NCBI RefSeq assembly: GCF_001194135.2 | Contig: NC_068987.1 | Location: forward strand, 73,061,888-73,120,828 | Length of the DNA: 58,941 bases | Direction: 5' to 3' | From: Octopus bimaculoides | Taxonomy: Eukaryota | In this document: positions 25,291 to 37,961 of the stretch, piece by piece | Layout: each line of letters opens with the position of its first letter | How positions within the stretch are numbered: position 1 is the first letter of the stretch | Program-made: the position numbers and the translations under genes | The notes under the pieces: model-generated | Database searches by the model: none | What the model was told of the DNA's origin: nothing | The model's input: only the letters and a program-made list of their open reading frames with translations

Positions 25291-25404
25291 TTAACCCAAA
25301 CTCATAGCTGTGAGTTTTTCAATCTTTCAAAGGTTTTCAATTCTAACAGGATCAAAAACACAAACATTAGAGATGTATTGATTGAAACCTTCCAAAATCT
25401 TTTA

Positions 25405-25805
25405 AATCTCACTCAAGAACATGAACCTTATCTTTTATCTTGTTTCAATTATTGGACTGCAACCATGCTGGAGCACTGCTGTGATGGGTTTAGTCAAACA
25501 AAATCAATCACAGGTTGTTTTTTTTTTTTTTGCCTGGTGCTTACTCTATTGGTTTCTTTTGTCAAACCACTAGATTAAGGGGAGGTAAACAAATACAAAC
25601 ACATATATATATACACAAATAGACATTACACACACACAAGCTTCTTTCAGTTTCCATATACCTAATCCAATCACAAGATTGGATTAGGTAGATGGCCCAA
25701 GGCTATAGTAAAAGATACTTGCCCAGAATGTCATACAGTGGGACTGAACCCAAAACCATGTGATTGGGAAGCAAATTGGAAAGCAAACTTCTTACCACAC
25801 AGACA
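25405..25805 (-). mobile_element. SINE family C, near full length
   Basis: Tail GACTGCAACCATGCTGGAGCAC, central CA/TA tract, head GTGGGACTGAACCC...CTTCTTACCACACAG. Confidence 0.75.
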
Positions 25806-26808
25806 TATAGTGCCTCTATACTGACTAACTTGCTAGAAACCTATACGAAAATGAAGGCTTAATGCAGCTAGCTGTTGGAACAAAGCACAAGTAAAGTGTT
25901 ACATGGATAGAAAACTTCACTGCAAAAATCACGAAAGTTTAGATTTAGGCTACTAATGAGGCAATCACACCATAAGAGAACGTAGAAATCAGGTAGCAAC
26001 TCTGTGCACGTTATTTTTGAAGTATTAGAACACAGTTGTCAGTAGGTAACGCTTAGTTATTTTGACACAGACTACCAACAATAACAAATAGAGATGTACG
26101 AGTCTGATGCTCACAGAAATAGCAAATGGCGAAATACTTGGACAATGTAAGCTGAGAATAGAACCTGCACAGATACAGCTGAATACTCCATAAAAGAGGT
26201 CTACAGAAATCAGGGTGGTTGGGTAGGTTAGTGGAAATGATATTTAAAAAGAAGGATTAGAGTGGGAGCAAGAATGAGGTGGATGGGAGGGGTGTCTATG
26301 AAATAACCTAAAAGAGGGGAGGAATGGCAGATGGTGATGGAAAATAAAACATACAAAAAAAAAAAGCAAAGAGAAAGGCCAAGGATGAAGGTCTGCTCAG
26401 TGAGCCAGATAAGGATGGGGAGGAGAAAGAGAGAGCCACAGACAGACACCATATAGAACCAACAGGTCACAGTAAAGAGAGAAGTATTTTGTGGGATGTA
26501 GGGTGGGAAGGGAGATAGAATGGAAAGGCCCAGTTCTTTCTGTGAAGAGGAAGGGAAAGGAAGCAAAATAAAAGAAAATGGTCAGAGGATGGGGGAGGAG
26601 GAGCAGATGCAATTCTGGGAAACTATGAGGAGGCTAAAAACACATGTACTTGTGCTCTGGAGTAACCATTATAAAACCACTGGTGCTTGTACTGCATCCA
26701 CCAAATATACCAAGTCCACCCTTAAAAATAAAGCAGCAGCAGCAGCAAAGAGAAAGTCATGGCAAAGACAAGCTTATTTGAGAGGTGTAACAGGAGTAAT
26801 TTAGAGAG

Positions 26809-26844
<36 letters not shown>

Positions 26845-27442
26845 CTACTAGTAGTAGAAGTTATTAGAATGATGGAGACAGGCAGTCAGGGTGGGTATGA
26901 ACAACTGCAGGGTGGCATGAGAAAGGACAAGCAAAGGAAGGAAAAGAGAAAATATCTAGAACATCAGTAGAGTATGTATGATACAGAAAAAATAAATAAA
27001 TAGAAATATTAAAAACAAAAACTACAGATTACAGACAAATGGGATTATAAGCCTAAGTGCTAATAATCTGACTGCAGATTAATGCAGATTAACTTATCCT
27101 CCCTCCCAATACTCAGTAAAGAGGCGATCAAATTGTAGCTTCACCTGAACAGTATAATGGAGCAGATAAGAATAGATTTTTCCTTTAACACCAGTTGGTA
27201 AGTTGCCACACTGGCTGTTTACACAAAAATATACACAAATGTTGGGCCACAGTTACACAACAGTCAACACACACATTCATTTAAATATAGTTCTAGGTTT
27301 CCCTACAAAAAAAAAAATAATAAGTGGGGGGAGTGTTTATTTTCAAATAATTTCTATTATTTACAATGTAGTTTGGAAAAGCTAGAATCCCTATAATTTT
27401 CTATCACCCTTGCAGGTTGATGTGAAAACACAGGCAAGGAAA

Positions 27443-27776
27443 TTACAATTAGCATTATAACTGGCCATATCTAGCCAAAATATTCTGCCTACTTTATGTT
27501 CAAACTGGCCAGATCTTGTCTCTCACATCTACCCTACAATGTCATTTTAAAAGTAAACAATCACATCATCAAAATCTTGGAGCTGAGATAATGCATGATT
27601 AATTCTGGAGCCTGGTGTTGCCATCCGGTTTCACCAGTCCTCAGTCAAATCGTCCAACCCATGCTAGCATGGAAAGCGGATGTTAAACGATGATGATGAT
27701 GATGATGATGAATTCAAAACAATGCGAATACATAAGCATCACATATAACAGAGTAACCTGAATGCTAAAGGGTTAA
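27443..27776. mobile_element. piggyBac-type MITE, copy 4, interrupted by an RTE tail
   Basis: Right TIR AATGCTAAAGGG+TTAA; left TIR decayed. Confidence 0.8.
27606..27710 (+). mobile_element. Young 5'-truncated RTE-type insertion with (GAT)n tail
   Basis: TSD AATTC at 27601-27605 and 27711-27715; CpGs intact. Confidence 0.85.
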
Positions 27777-27882
27777 AGAACTACAGACAAAATGTTTGGG
27801 CAAATTGCTTGGTGTAGGGAACAAAGGATAATATGGATGATGAGAGGCAGAGGAGGGTGATGCACAATTTGCTGGTTTACAG

Positions 27883-28028
27883 TAGTATTTCTGAACCATT
27901 TATTGCCTGTGGACCCCTTTGATTCCGATTTTTCTCAAGTGGATCCTCACAGCCATTTGATGTTTACAAAAATCCTATTATATTTATAAACAACAAAATC
28001 TTATATGGATCCTGGTTGAGAACCATTG
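27883..28028. mobile_element. hAT-type MITE, family 1, internally deleted
   Basis: GCCTGTGGACCCC...TATGGATCCTGGTTGAGAACCATTG. Confidence 0.7.
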
Positions 28029-28342
28029 GTCTAATGCAACAAATACAGTAGTAGTAGTAGTAGTAGTAGTAGTAGGTAGAAGGATAATGTGTTGGTGCAT
28101 TAGTAAATGCAGAGGGCTATGGATGAGGGTTTACCAATAACTCAGTTATGGAGGCACACAAATGCTGGACTAATTAATCACTATACAACACAAAATATGT
28201 ATTAGCTATCTTTTTTCATAACATGAGATATCACAATGATAATACACTGATGTTGAGGAAGTACAACATGAATGGATGCTTGTCTGTATGTATGATGTGT
28301 ATTTTGTGTGCATGTGTCTAATGTGTATGTGCATGACATACC

Positions 28343-29470
28343 ATCATCATCATTTAGTGTCTGTTTTCCATGCTGGCATGGGTTAGATGGTTTCACTGGA
28401 ACTGATATGCTAGAGATCTGCACCAGGCTCCAGTCTGTTTTGGCTTGGTTTCTATGGCTGGATGTCCTCCCTAACACCAACCATTTCATAGAGAGTGCTG
28501 GAGGACTTGTGTGTATCACTGGCATGGGTGCCCCTTACTCATCACCAGTACTGGTTGCCTCTTATGCATCACCGGCATTGGTTGCCCCTTATGCATCACC
28601 GGCACCGGTTGCTCCTTATGCATCACCGGCACCGGTTGCCCCTTACGCATGACTTGCACTGGTTGCCCCTTACNNNNNNNNNNNNNNNNNNNNNNNNNNN
28701 NNNNNNNNNNNNNNNNNNNNNNNNNNNNNNNNNNNNNNNNNNNNNNNNNNNNNNNNNNNNNNNNNNNNNNNNNNNNNNNNNNNNNNNNNNNNNNNNNNNN
28801 NNNNNNNNNNNNNNNNNNNNNNNNNNNNNNNNNNNNNNNNNNNNNNNNNNNNNNNNNNNNNNNNNNNNNNNNNNNNNNNNNNNNNNNNNNNNNNNNNNNN
28901 NNNNNNNNNNNNNNNNNNNNNNNNNNNNNNNNNNNNNNNNNNNNNNNNNNNNNNNNNNNNNNNNNNNNNNNNNNNNNNNNNNNNNNNNNNNNNNNNNNNN
29001 NNNNNNNNNNNNNNNNNNNNNNNNNNNNNNNNNNNNNNNNNNNNNNNNNNNNNNNNNNNNNNNNNNNNNNNNNNNNNNNNNNNNNNNNNNNNNNNNNNNN
29101 NNNNNNNNNNNNNGTGCCCCTTACGCATCACCAGCACGGGTGCCCCTTACGCATCACCAGCACGGGTGCCCCTTACGCATCACCAGCACGGGTGCCCCTT
29201 ACGCATCACCAGCATGGGTGCCCCTTACACATCACCGGCACGGGTCTCCTTACGCATCACCAGCATGGGTGCCCCTTATACATCCACTGGCACAGGTGCT
29301 TTTACGTGTCACCAGTATGAATACCTTTCACATGTCACCAGCATGAGTGCCTCACACATGTCACGTGTTGCCAGCACTGACCACAACTATGATCTAACTT
29401 AGCTTGATGTGTCTCCTCAAGCACAGCAAATCACCAAAAGTCTCAGCCACTTGTCATCAACTCTGTGAGA
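28343..29470 (-). mobile_element. RTE LINE 3' end containing a minisatellite
   Basis: (CAT)n tail at left; minus strand near 29390-29470 reads LTELMTSG*DFW*FAVLEETHQAKL, resembling the RTE ORF2 C-terminus. Confidence 0.7.
28513..29345. repeat. GC-rich minisatellite with 27-bp and 26-bp units
   Basis: GCATCACCGGCAYYGGTTGCCCCTTAY (27-bp period left of gap); GCATCACCAGCACGGGTGCCCCTTAC (26-bp period right of gap). Confidence 0.95.
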
Positions 29471-30419
29471 TATAATTAAAGATAAAAATTTTAGAATGCC
29501 AAGATGCTAAATAATTCTGAGGGGCTTGTACAAAATCCTGGTTTTGTGATTTTAAGGGAGTGAAGGTTGAATATGAACATTTTCTCCAATAGTTGCACAA
29601 GCTACAGCTTTTATTAATAGGAAAACTATGAGACTTAATTCTTTTCTTTTTTTTTCTTTTTTACCTTAAATTTTTGCACCATGATAAAAGACAATCAAGC
29701 CAGGACCATCCCAAATTTGTATATCAAAAACTACATTATGCAATACAAGTAGATTTAATTTGTCACCTGGTTTAACATCACTGGCCTGTTTGCACTTTTA
29801 GAGCAATCCACTGTTGCAAGCATTGAGGGTTATCCTCCAGTCTGTGGATAACTTCTTTCTTTTTCCTTCCAGTCACAGAAGCCTTGAAAACGGTCATTAA
29901 GTAATGTTTGATCTGAGAGATTTGGTTGGTATTTCTTGCAGGTCAAGTGACTACACAGAGGCTTCCCTCATTGGCTTGTATGTGTTGGAGTTTATGTTAC
30001 ATGGATGAAAGACAACTCTAGTTCTGGATAAGTCAAGAGTCTGCTCTGAGTTTTTCAGGAGTACCTCAGCTCCAAACATTTGTCAGCTATGGTTGTCAGT
30101 CAGAGAGAGGTAGGATACACCTGTAACAACAGAGCTACACATGGCACCTAGTTGTTTCATTGATATCCCATGTAGTTCTGAGGAGTAAGGATTAGAAATA
30201 AAAAGGGTGAGGTAGAAAATCAGGTAGAGAGTCTAGAGAGGGATGAGACAGAGTAATGGTAAAGGAGTGCATCGATAGACAGCTGATCAGAAGTTATTGT
30301 TGTACTGGGAACCAACGAATCATATTAACCACACAGACCATCAATACTGTGCCAATAAGCTCAACTAACAAACATCCGTAGCTTGACTGACAATATACAT
30401 TGGACAACTGCAAGTGTAC

Positions 30420-30775
30420 CCAACCATAGTCAGATCAGCAACCTTGACTACATCCAACCAGAGATACACGGCCTCAAATATATCTCACCGTAGTTGGACC
30501 AACATCTTCAACTATACACCATATATAGTTAGATTAACAATCACAGCAATATCCAAGCACTGTTAGACTAACAACCTTAATTATATTCAACCACAGGTAG
30601 ACAGACAAACCTCAATTACAAACTATCCTAGAAACCAACAACTTTAAATATACCTTACCATAATTAGACCAACACCCTCAACTTTAACAAGTCAGGTCAA
30701 CAACTGCAATTATATCCAACCTTTGTTAGACTAACAATGTTAATTATATCTAACTATAGACCAACAACTTTCAAA
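30420..30775. repeat. Degenerate ~34-bp minisatellite (~11 units)
   Basis: Recurrent GTTAGACYAACAAC..CAATTATATCCAACC. Confidence 0.7.
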
Positions 30776-31629
30776 CATTAGAAATAGGTAGCCATAAGAT
30801 TAGGAAACTGCAGGAAGACCAAGATAATATATTAGTAGCTGTAAAATCAACTAACATAAACATGTTCACACAAGGATGTAATTAGTAATAGCACTAAGAT
30901 CAACTAACCTCAAAAGACTGTAGTAATATCAGTCCAATCTTTTTTCTGGAACTACCATATCTGAAAATAGAAAATTCAGTTTTGTTAGAAACCAGAAGCA
31001 AATTAACAGCAGCTATAACAATAATAATAAACCCATCAAGCCTGTACATGAGTCATTTGGCCTGCTAGAAATACCACTGAGGTCCCAAATTCACAACCTG
31101 CTTTCTCAGTAAAGAATGATACACTACAGAGTAGCCCTAGAAATATGAAAAAAGTGGTCATAGCTAAAAAGCCTCTAACATTACTTTACCAAGTCAGAGT
31201 TGACTTTGGGACTAATCAGCGATACCATAAATCAGTTATTTAACAACAATAAAGCCATTGTTAGATAAGATGTTGGTCTACCAACATCTATTGTTCACTA
31301 TGTCTAATTTGTATCTATGGTCAAAACACCAGGCTATCACTGTCTGAAAACAACTAGCTGTAAATAATGTGGTAGCTTCAGCGCAATGCTGTGTCAATGT
31401 AAACAGTGAACTTCTTGTCTGATTAACAACTATTTCGTTTGTTGAGAGTGCCGAGTTCAAGTCCTGTTAAAGGCACAAACTAACGCAAAAACATTCACAT
31501 CGTACACTGATAGATATCAAGAAAGCTGGTGTAAGTGCTCTATCAATGCACTCACCCAAAAGCCTGAAGTGAGATATGAACTTCTGAGTCAAACATCCAG
31601 TGTTTTCTCTCTAGCTATTTAATTCAGAA

Positions 31630-32170
31630 AATTATTACACATGTATGAACCAGCCACCCCTGCCCCTTTATGTACTGCTGCTTATCACTTCCTTCTCCTT
31701 GCCCCATTACTATTTTCCTTTACCTAGTTCTCAAACCGAGATTCACCATTGCCCATGCTTCCATCTGTGTCTTCCATTCACCTCTATCCCCCTCTGTTAC
31801 CCTCCTTTCCCATCCTACAAACCTATCCAGCCACTCATCCTCAATCTATCATTATTCTCTCTTATATCCACCTTCTAGTCTTTTTCGATTATGTCCTAAC
31901 ACCTCATCACCATCATCCTCTTTCTTTCAAGCTGAGGTAGCTATGTATCTCCTTTACAGCTTCTGTTCCTGTATCATATTTTAGCTTGTACAAATTTTAC
32001 CAGGTACAAATCACCTGCTTCAATACAGCACCTCTATACAGTTGAGAGAGTCTTGTCCTGCAAGTTATTTGGTGGCCTCAATGTTGGTGCCACAAAAAAA
32101 AAAAGTACAGCAAACTGTAAAGTGGTTGGCACTAGGAAGGGCATTCAGCTATAAAAACCATGTCAAAACA
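31630..32170 (+). mobile_element. Family H retroposon
   Basis: Pyrimidine-rich body, shared block with 13900-14000 (-), tail GTAAAGTGGTTGGCACTAGGAAGGGCATTCAGCT. Confidence 0.55.
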
Positions 32171-33869
32171 GAGATGCATGTATGTTTAAGTGTACACACA
32201 CATATCTGCATGATTGTTTACATAAACACTTCTCCAAAAATATAAAGTACAAATGGTGATACTGTTCTCACATCCCAACCAAAAAATTGTCCACTGCCTC
32301 TGTACTACCAAAGACATGTAAAATGAAAGATCTTATACTTGAAAAACAGGTAAGGGTTAATGACAGGAAGTGCATCCAGCTCTAAAACATTACTTCAATA
32401 CATATTTGCCTAACATATGCTAGCATTGAAAAACAATGAAGCAGAGGAATAAACTCATTGCTGTAAGCAGTGACATTACTTCAAAACCACTTAGGTTTTC
32501 ATTAGCTAGTCCTTCTGACTTCAATTCCAGTTATCAATATAGCTGGGAGAAAGATGGGTTCTAACAAACTTTGTTGTTGAAGATACACTTCAGCAATGTC
32601 CCTACAATGAAGCCCTTGTTGGAATCATTCAACTATAGTACATCCCATTTAATTTCCAAAACTGGCTCTCTGCTTTAAAAACAAGGCCAAAATATATGGA
32701 ACTCTAGTGAACACCATTAAACAGAGCTAAGCCACTTCAATTCATTCCTGGTTGTGGTTGTTTCATATGCATAACTAATGTCTTTGGAAAAGGTATGAAA
32801 CAATTTTCCTTTTGTGTCTATCTTGATGCCAGTAGGGTTAAACATTCAACAAGAATAGTCAGTGAACAGTGATAATCACCTACAAATAGATACCACCAGT
32901 TATAAATAGTTAGGAAGAAAAATCAGATTATAAGATGTTTAACATATGTACTTCCATGTGTATACAATATGATTTCAATTAGGTTTTTAACTGCAGACTT
33001 GTTTAACCTATGCTTGCATGGAAAAACAGAAATGTAAAAAGACAATGACTCAGTGAGTTGCTAAGAGGTTTGGGTTTCATGAAACTCAGTCCGAAAAATA
33101 AAGTAAAATTAAAACATTTATCTTAATACAACCACTACAGCTACCACTACCAATGATAATAGCCAACACCATGACCACATTCTTTGAAAACTAACATTGT
33201 TCTAATACAATATCCAACAACAAGCCATTTGTATTAACGGTCAGTGGAGGGTGTGGAGTAATTAGTTAATATGGAATGAATTTCATCTCATATTTGAAGC
33301 ACGTGCTTGCACACACATATACATGCACAAAATCTATCAACAGACTTCAAATTGGCAAAGAATTAAAAAAAAAAAGTAAAAGAAAAAGAACATTAATAGG
33401 AAATGCAATCACAATAATACTAGCTACCACAACCACTACTTGTATTACAACTTATGCAATCACAGCTATCACTGTCATTACAACCACTAGCAATCACAAC
33501 CAGTCATTACCTACAACCAAACTTCAATTCTATAGAGAATAATAGAGGAATTTTCTAGAAGGAAGCAAGAATAATATTTGCCAATCATATCAATTGGTTT
33601 CTCTGAAAATTACAGGATATTGAATGATTGTCTTGGTGGAGGGGGAAGAGAAGCAATTTAAAACAGGACAGGGAGTCCCTAACAAAGAATTTACAGGCTA
33701 ATTTCATTAAATGGGAATCAGATGGATGAAATTCAATGCAGAACTGCCAGAGGGGCAGTAGACAGAATTAAGTGAGTTAGGAGAAAAATGTGTCTTATTT
33801 TGATAAGTGTGTAAGTGAATGGATGTGGAGTGGACTGGATATAAACAACAAAATGCTTCAACAATGAGT

Positions 33870-34200
33870 ACTACTTCTGCACCATCCAGATTACTAATTT
33901 CCATACTACATCATAGTAAGACACAAGTCTGTTTAGTGACTTCCTCACAATACTGGTGTAAACAAACCACCAAGTTGACTGAATTCCAAACCATAATAAA
34001 CACAGCAGACAGTTTATTAACTTGCACACCACACAATGGTAAACATACCACTCGGTTTACTGATTTCTACACCAAAGTAAATAGCAACCGGTTTACTAAG
34101 TTCCACACAACACTCAAATGCACTGATTAGGTTTTACTAATTTCCACACCATGTAATAAACACACAAGTCAGTTTATTAGACTCCACAGTACACTTGCCA
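33870..34200. repeat. Degenerate ~40-bp minisatellite (~8 units)
   Basis: Recurrent GTTTACTAATTTCCACACC...TAAACAC. Confidence 0.7.
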
Positions 34201-34240
34201 CTATCTGCTTGGAAGAAAACAGAGATAACACCAGGTTTAA

Positions 34241-34459
34241 CTCATTAACATTCAGATTACTCAGTAAAATAGAATGCTTGTTTATCTACATTGTTTTAAT
34301 TAATCATGCATTATCTTGTAACTTCAAGATTCTGGTGATCTGATTGTTAATTTTTAGAATGACATTATAGGATAGGTGTGAAAAGCTGGATCTGGTCAGT
34401 CTCAACATAAAACAGGTAGAATATTGCAGCTGGATATGGCAGGTTTAAATTCTAGAGGG
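34241..34459. mobile_element. piggyBac-type MITE, copy 5 (reverse orientation)
   Basis: TTAA at 34237-34240 and 34460-34463. Confidence 0.8.
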
Positions 34460-35374
34460 TTAAACCCTGAATCCAAGGATAAAACTATCATTTGCTGCAA
34501 TAAAATCAGTATGGTAATAGCTAGAAACACCAGTTGACTGATCTGCTCAATTTGATACTATTGTATCAAACATGTTCAAAGTAAGTTGACTGGTGGGGAA
34601 GGGCTGCTCAGTGGCAGCAACAGTGTAATGTATATGACAAGTGTCAAGCCAATGACATACCCATGACTGGTCAGACTGACCTGCTGGAAATAACTAAATA
34701 TACAATAAAGAAAACCCATAACTTTTTAAAACAAAACAGTAGGTAAAGCTACAAGTAACAGCACGTAGAATATTCTACATGATGTGATCAGGTAGCTATT
34801 ATTTACAGCTTTATCTACAGGTTTTATTGTTAAAATGATTTATTTCATAACTCACAAAGGTTCTTTAAAAAAAATAAAATAAAAATTCTTATAATGCAAA
34901 CAAAAATATATACAGAAAAATTGGATTGTTCTAATAAAATTTTCTCATGTATATGAATTTCAAATTAATTTTATTTCTCTCTCTATCTCTTTTACACTAT
35001 TAATGAGCTGAGAGAACAGTAATGCCTTTATCCTACAGAAACACTTCTCATTATGGTTCCTCATCCTTCTGTAAAGTTAATAATAATTTAATTTAATGTA
35101 ATCTCATGTTTAAAAGACCTCTGCTTTCCAAACGACTTTATATTGAAGAGATCCAACTAGATTGAAATAGCAGCTATATGCAAATGTTAAAGACACTTAT
35201 GAGGAAAAGCAAAATTAAGAGAAAGAAGATTTAATGAAATGAACGCTTACAGAAATTTTTCTCAATTTCTTTCACTTATGAAAACAATTTAGTAACATGG
35301 ATTTTGGCAAGACAATTCTTTCCCTAGCCATACAGGTGAACAACCAAACAACAGAGAGATTACAAGAATATATA

Positions 35375-36672
35375 TTGGGTTACCCCATAAATAATGCCGT
35401 TTTTTTTTTTTATTGCATGAACTAAAAGTCGGACGGGAATGGGATAAACTACCTGCATCAACTTGCTATAAAAGCAGGTAGTAATTTTACCTTGAACTTA
35501 TTTTTTGTGCAAGTTTTGAAAAGTGCAGTTTGATTTTAACAGTTATTATTTTAAAGCTACAAAGGAGCATATCCAGCATATTTTGTTTCATGAGTTCAAT
35601 AAAGGCAACAATGCAACGGAAAGTGCGAGGAATATTAATGCAGTATATGGGGATTGGACAATAAGTGTAATCCACTGTCAACTGTGATTCCAGATATTCT
35701 GAGCCAGAACTACAGCCTAAAAGATGAGCCTTGTCCTGGAAGATCTGTAGAGCTCAATGAGGACATCTTGCAAACCCTGGTGGAACAAAATCATATAACT
35801 GTTAAGGAACTAGCAGAGAAGCTTGGGTTTGGTCATTCAACCATTCATCAACACTTGCATGCCATGAAAGTCAGTGAATTGGGTCAATGGGTTCCTTACA
35901 AACTTTCCAAGTCTAATCGTGCACAGAGAGTGAATGTGTGCTCTTCTTTGCTGTCGTGTCTCACAAATTAACCTTTTTTAGACTGAATAGTGACAAGAAA
36001 TAGATTGTCTATAAAAATATCAAGTTCCGAAAACAGTGAGCAGGGAAAGGAGAAACACCAGCACTCCAGGCTAAAGAAGGTTGTCAGCCACGTAACATGT
36101 TATCTGTTTGGTGGGATATGAAAGGTTTAGTCCACTTTGAACTTTTAAACCTAAACCAAACGATAACAAAGGAGATCTACTGCAAACAGCTTGAGCAGCT
36201 TAAGTCAGGGCTAGAAGGAAAACAACCATCATTGGTTTCAAGACAAAAGGTGTTCTTCCATCAAGATAATGCTTGGTCACATACAGTGAGGATGACATTC
36301 CAAAGACTGAAGCAGTTCAAATGGGAGACAATGCCCCACCCACCATATTCGCCAGACATTGCNNNNNNNNNNTGCCCCACCCACCATATTCGCCAGACAT
36401 TGCCCCAACTGATTATCATTTATTCCGCAGTCTTCAAAATCATTTGGACGGAAAAAATATAAATTCTGTAGAAGAGGTTAGAACAGTACTGGAGGAGTAT
36501 TTCTTGTCACGGACAAGTGAATTTTGGTAGAGGAGCCTTGCAAGTCTACCAGATAGATGGAAGAGCATTGTAGAAAATGAAGGAGAGTGTATTTTTGATT
36601 AAAAAAAGAACTTTATTTAATTTTGAAAAAATATAAGTACAAAAAAACCACATTATTTATGGGGTGACCCAA
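35375..36672 (+). mobile_element. Full-length mariner (Tc1/mariner, D34D) DNA transposon, ~1.3 kb
   Basis: TIRs TTGGGTTACCCCATAAATAATGCCGTTTTTTT / AAAAAAACCACATTATTTATGGGGTGACCCAA; TA flanks at 35373-35374 and 36673-36674. Confidence 0.95.
35546..36602 (+). pseudogene. Mariner transposase pseudogene
   Basis: HTH KEHIQHILFHEF, WVPYKL, LSVWWDMKG, HQDNA, PHPPYSPDIAPTDYHLFRSL with 34 residues between the last two catalytic Asp; start codon lost, stops and frameshifts, first-Asp motif disrupted. Confidence 0.95.
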
Positions 36673-36962
36673 TAATATGTCTAAGAATCCACTCAGATCA
36701 CACCTTACTATCTAATAAGGGAAAGGATAAAAAAATTTTAAATAGCTACCTTATATGGGAAAGGAGAAAATTAGAAGGAAATAGTCATGCCTGAAATATC
36801 TAAGCATAAATCTGTTGGATCAGAGCTGATGTGTGTGTGTGTGTGTGTAAAGAATTTGAAAGGCTTCACTAAAATCCTCCCAAGGGCAACTAGCAAAAAA
36901 ATGAATGCATTCTTGGATATTTACTGAATAGAGATAGATAAGAGATAATAATAAATAATAAT

Positions 36963-37290
36963 AATCCTCTCTATGAGCAGAGGGCCTGAAATTTTGAGGG
37001 AGGTGGCCAGTCAATTACACCAACCCCAATGAGAAACTGGTAGTTATTTTACTGACCTTGAAGGATGAAAGACAAAGTGAACTGTGGCAGAATTTGAACA
37101 CAGAATGTAAAGAACTGGAAGCAATTCTGCATAGCATTTTGTCCAAGCTAATAATTCAACCAGCTCACCACCTTGATAATAATAATAATTGGCGTAGAAA
37201 GCATGCCAAAAGAAAGACAATTGGAGCCTGGCCAGCTCCTGTCAAACTGTCCAATCCATGCTGGCATGGAAAACAGATATGAAATGAGGA
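36963..37290. mobile_element. SINE family A (-, 36963-37175) plus short RTE tail (+, 37190-37290)
   Basis: Family motifs as above. Confidence 0.7.
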
Positions 37291-37961
37291 GTCTCTTTCA
37301 TTCTAAATAATGCAGTAATAAACTGGTATTGCAGTATTTAGATATGGCTCTATGTATTGAGCACAGATCTCACTTGGATCAGCTTTACCATTCATACCTC
37401 AGTGGGGTGGGGTGTCAATAAAATATATAACAAGCAAGTACTAAGAGTCAGTTTAATAAACTTTTAGAAACCAATTACCAACAAGGAAGCCTCAGGTCAC
37501 CTGACCTGCCAGGAATAGCAGTTAACTCCCCCTCAAATCACATTGTAAAAAAAAGTGTGTAGTCTTAGATATACAATGCCTTAAAAACAAATGACATGGT
37601 CAGAGTTTGAAAACCTTTGATCATAGGTCTACTGGATTGGGGCTAACAAGGGGCTACTTAACATCATCTATAATATTGTCCAGCTATGGGTTACGTATGT
37701 AACTTTTACCAATACAACAACATATTTGTAAGATGGTTGACTGGAAAATAAAGATTTTAAATCAAGTGTCATCCATAAATTATAGACATATTTTTAGACT
37801 CAGCTATTGTACTTCATTTATTAGAACAGTGGGTTCAAGTCCTGGCATATGCACTTCTCTGATATGAAGATGAAGTGCATGAAGATTTGTTAAAGTATTA
37901 CTGACATTGTCATACTGCAACAGAATATTATAATACATGGATAATGTATTTGATTTTATTC

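Noticed and set aside
28308-29402. APYASP / HHQHG repeat proteins
   Set aside because: Translations of the minisatellite; the 26-bp units do not preserve frame.
33870-34200. CRISPR-like repeat-spacer array
   Set aside because: Eukaryotic context, degenerate repeats, mutually similar spacers and no cas genes.
36331-36402. Apparent duplication of PHPPYSPDI in the mariner
   Set aside because: Identical sequence on both sides of a 10-N gap, typical of unmerged contig overlap.
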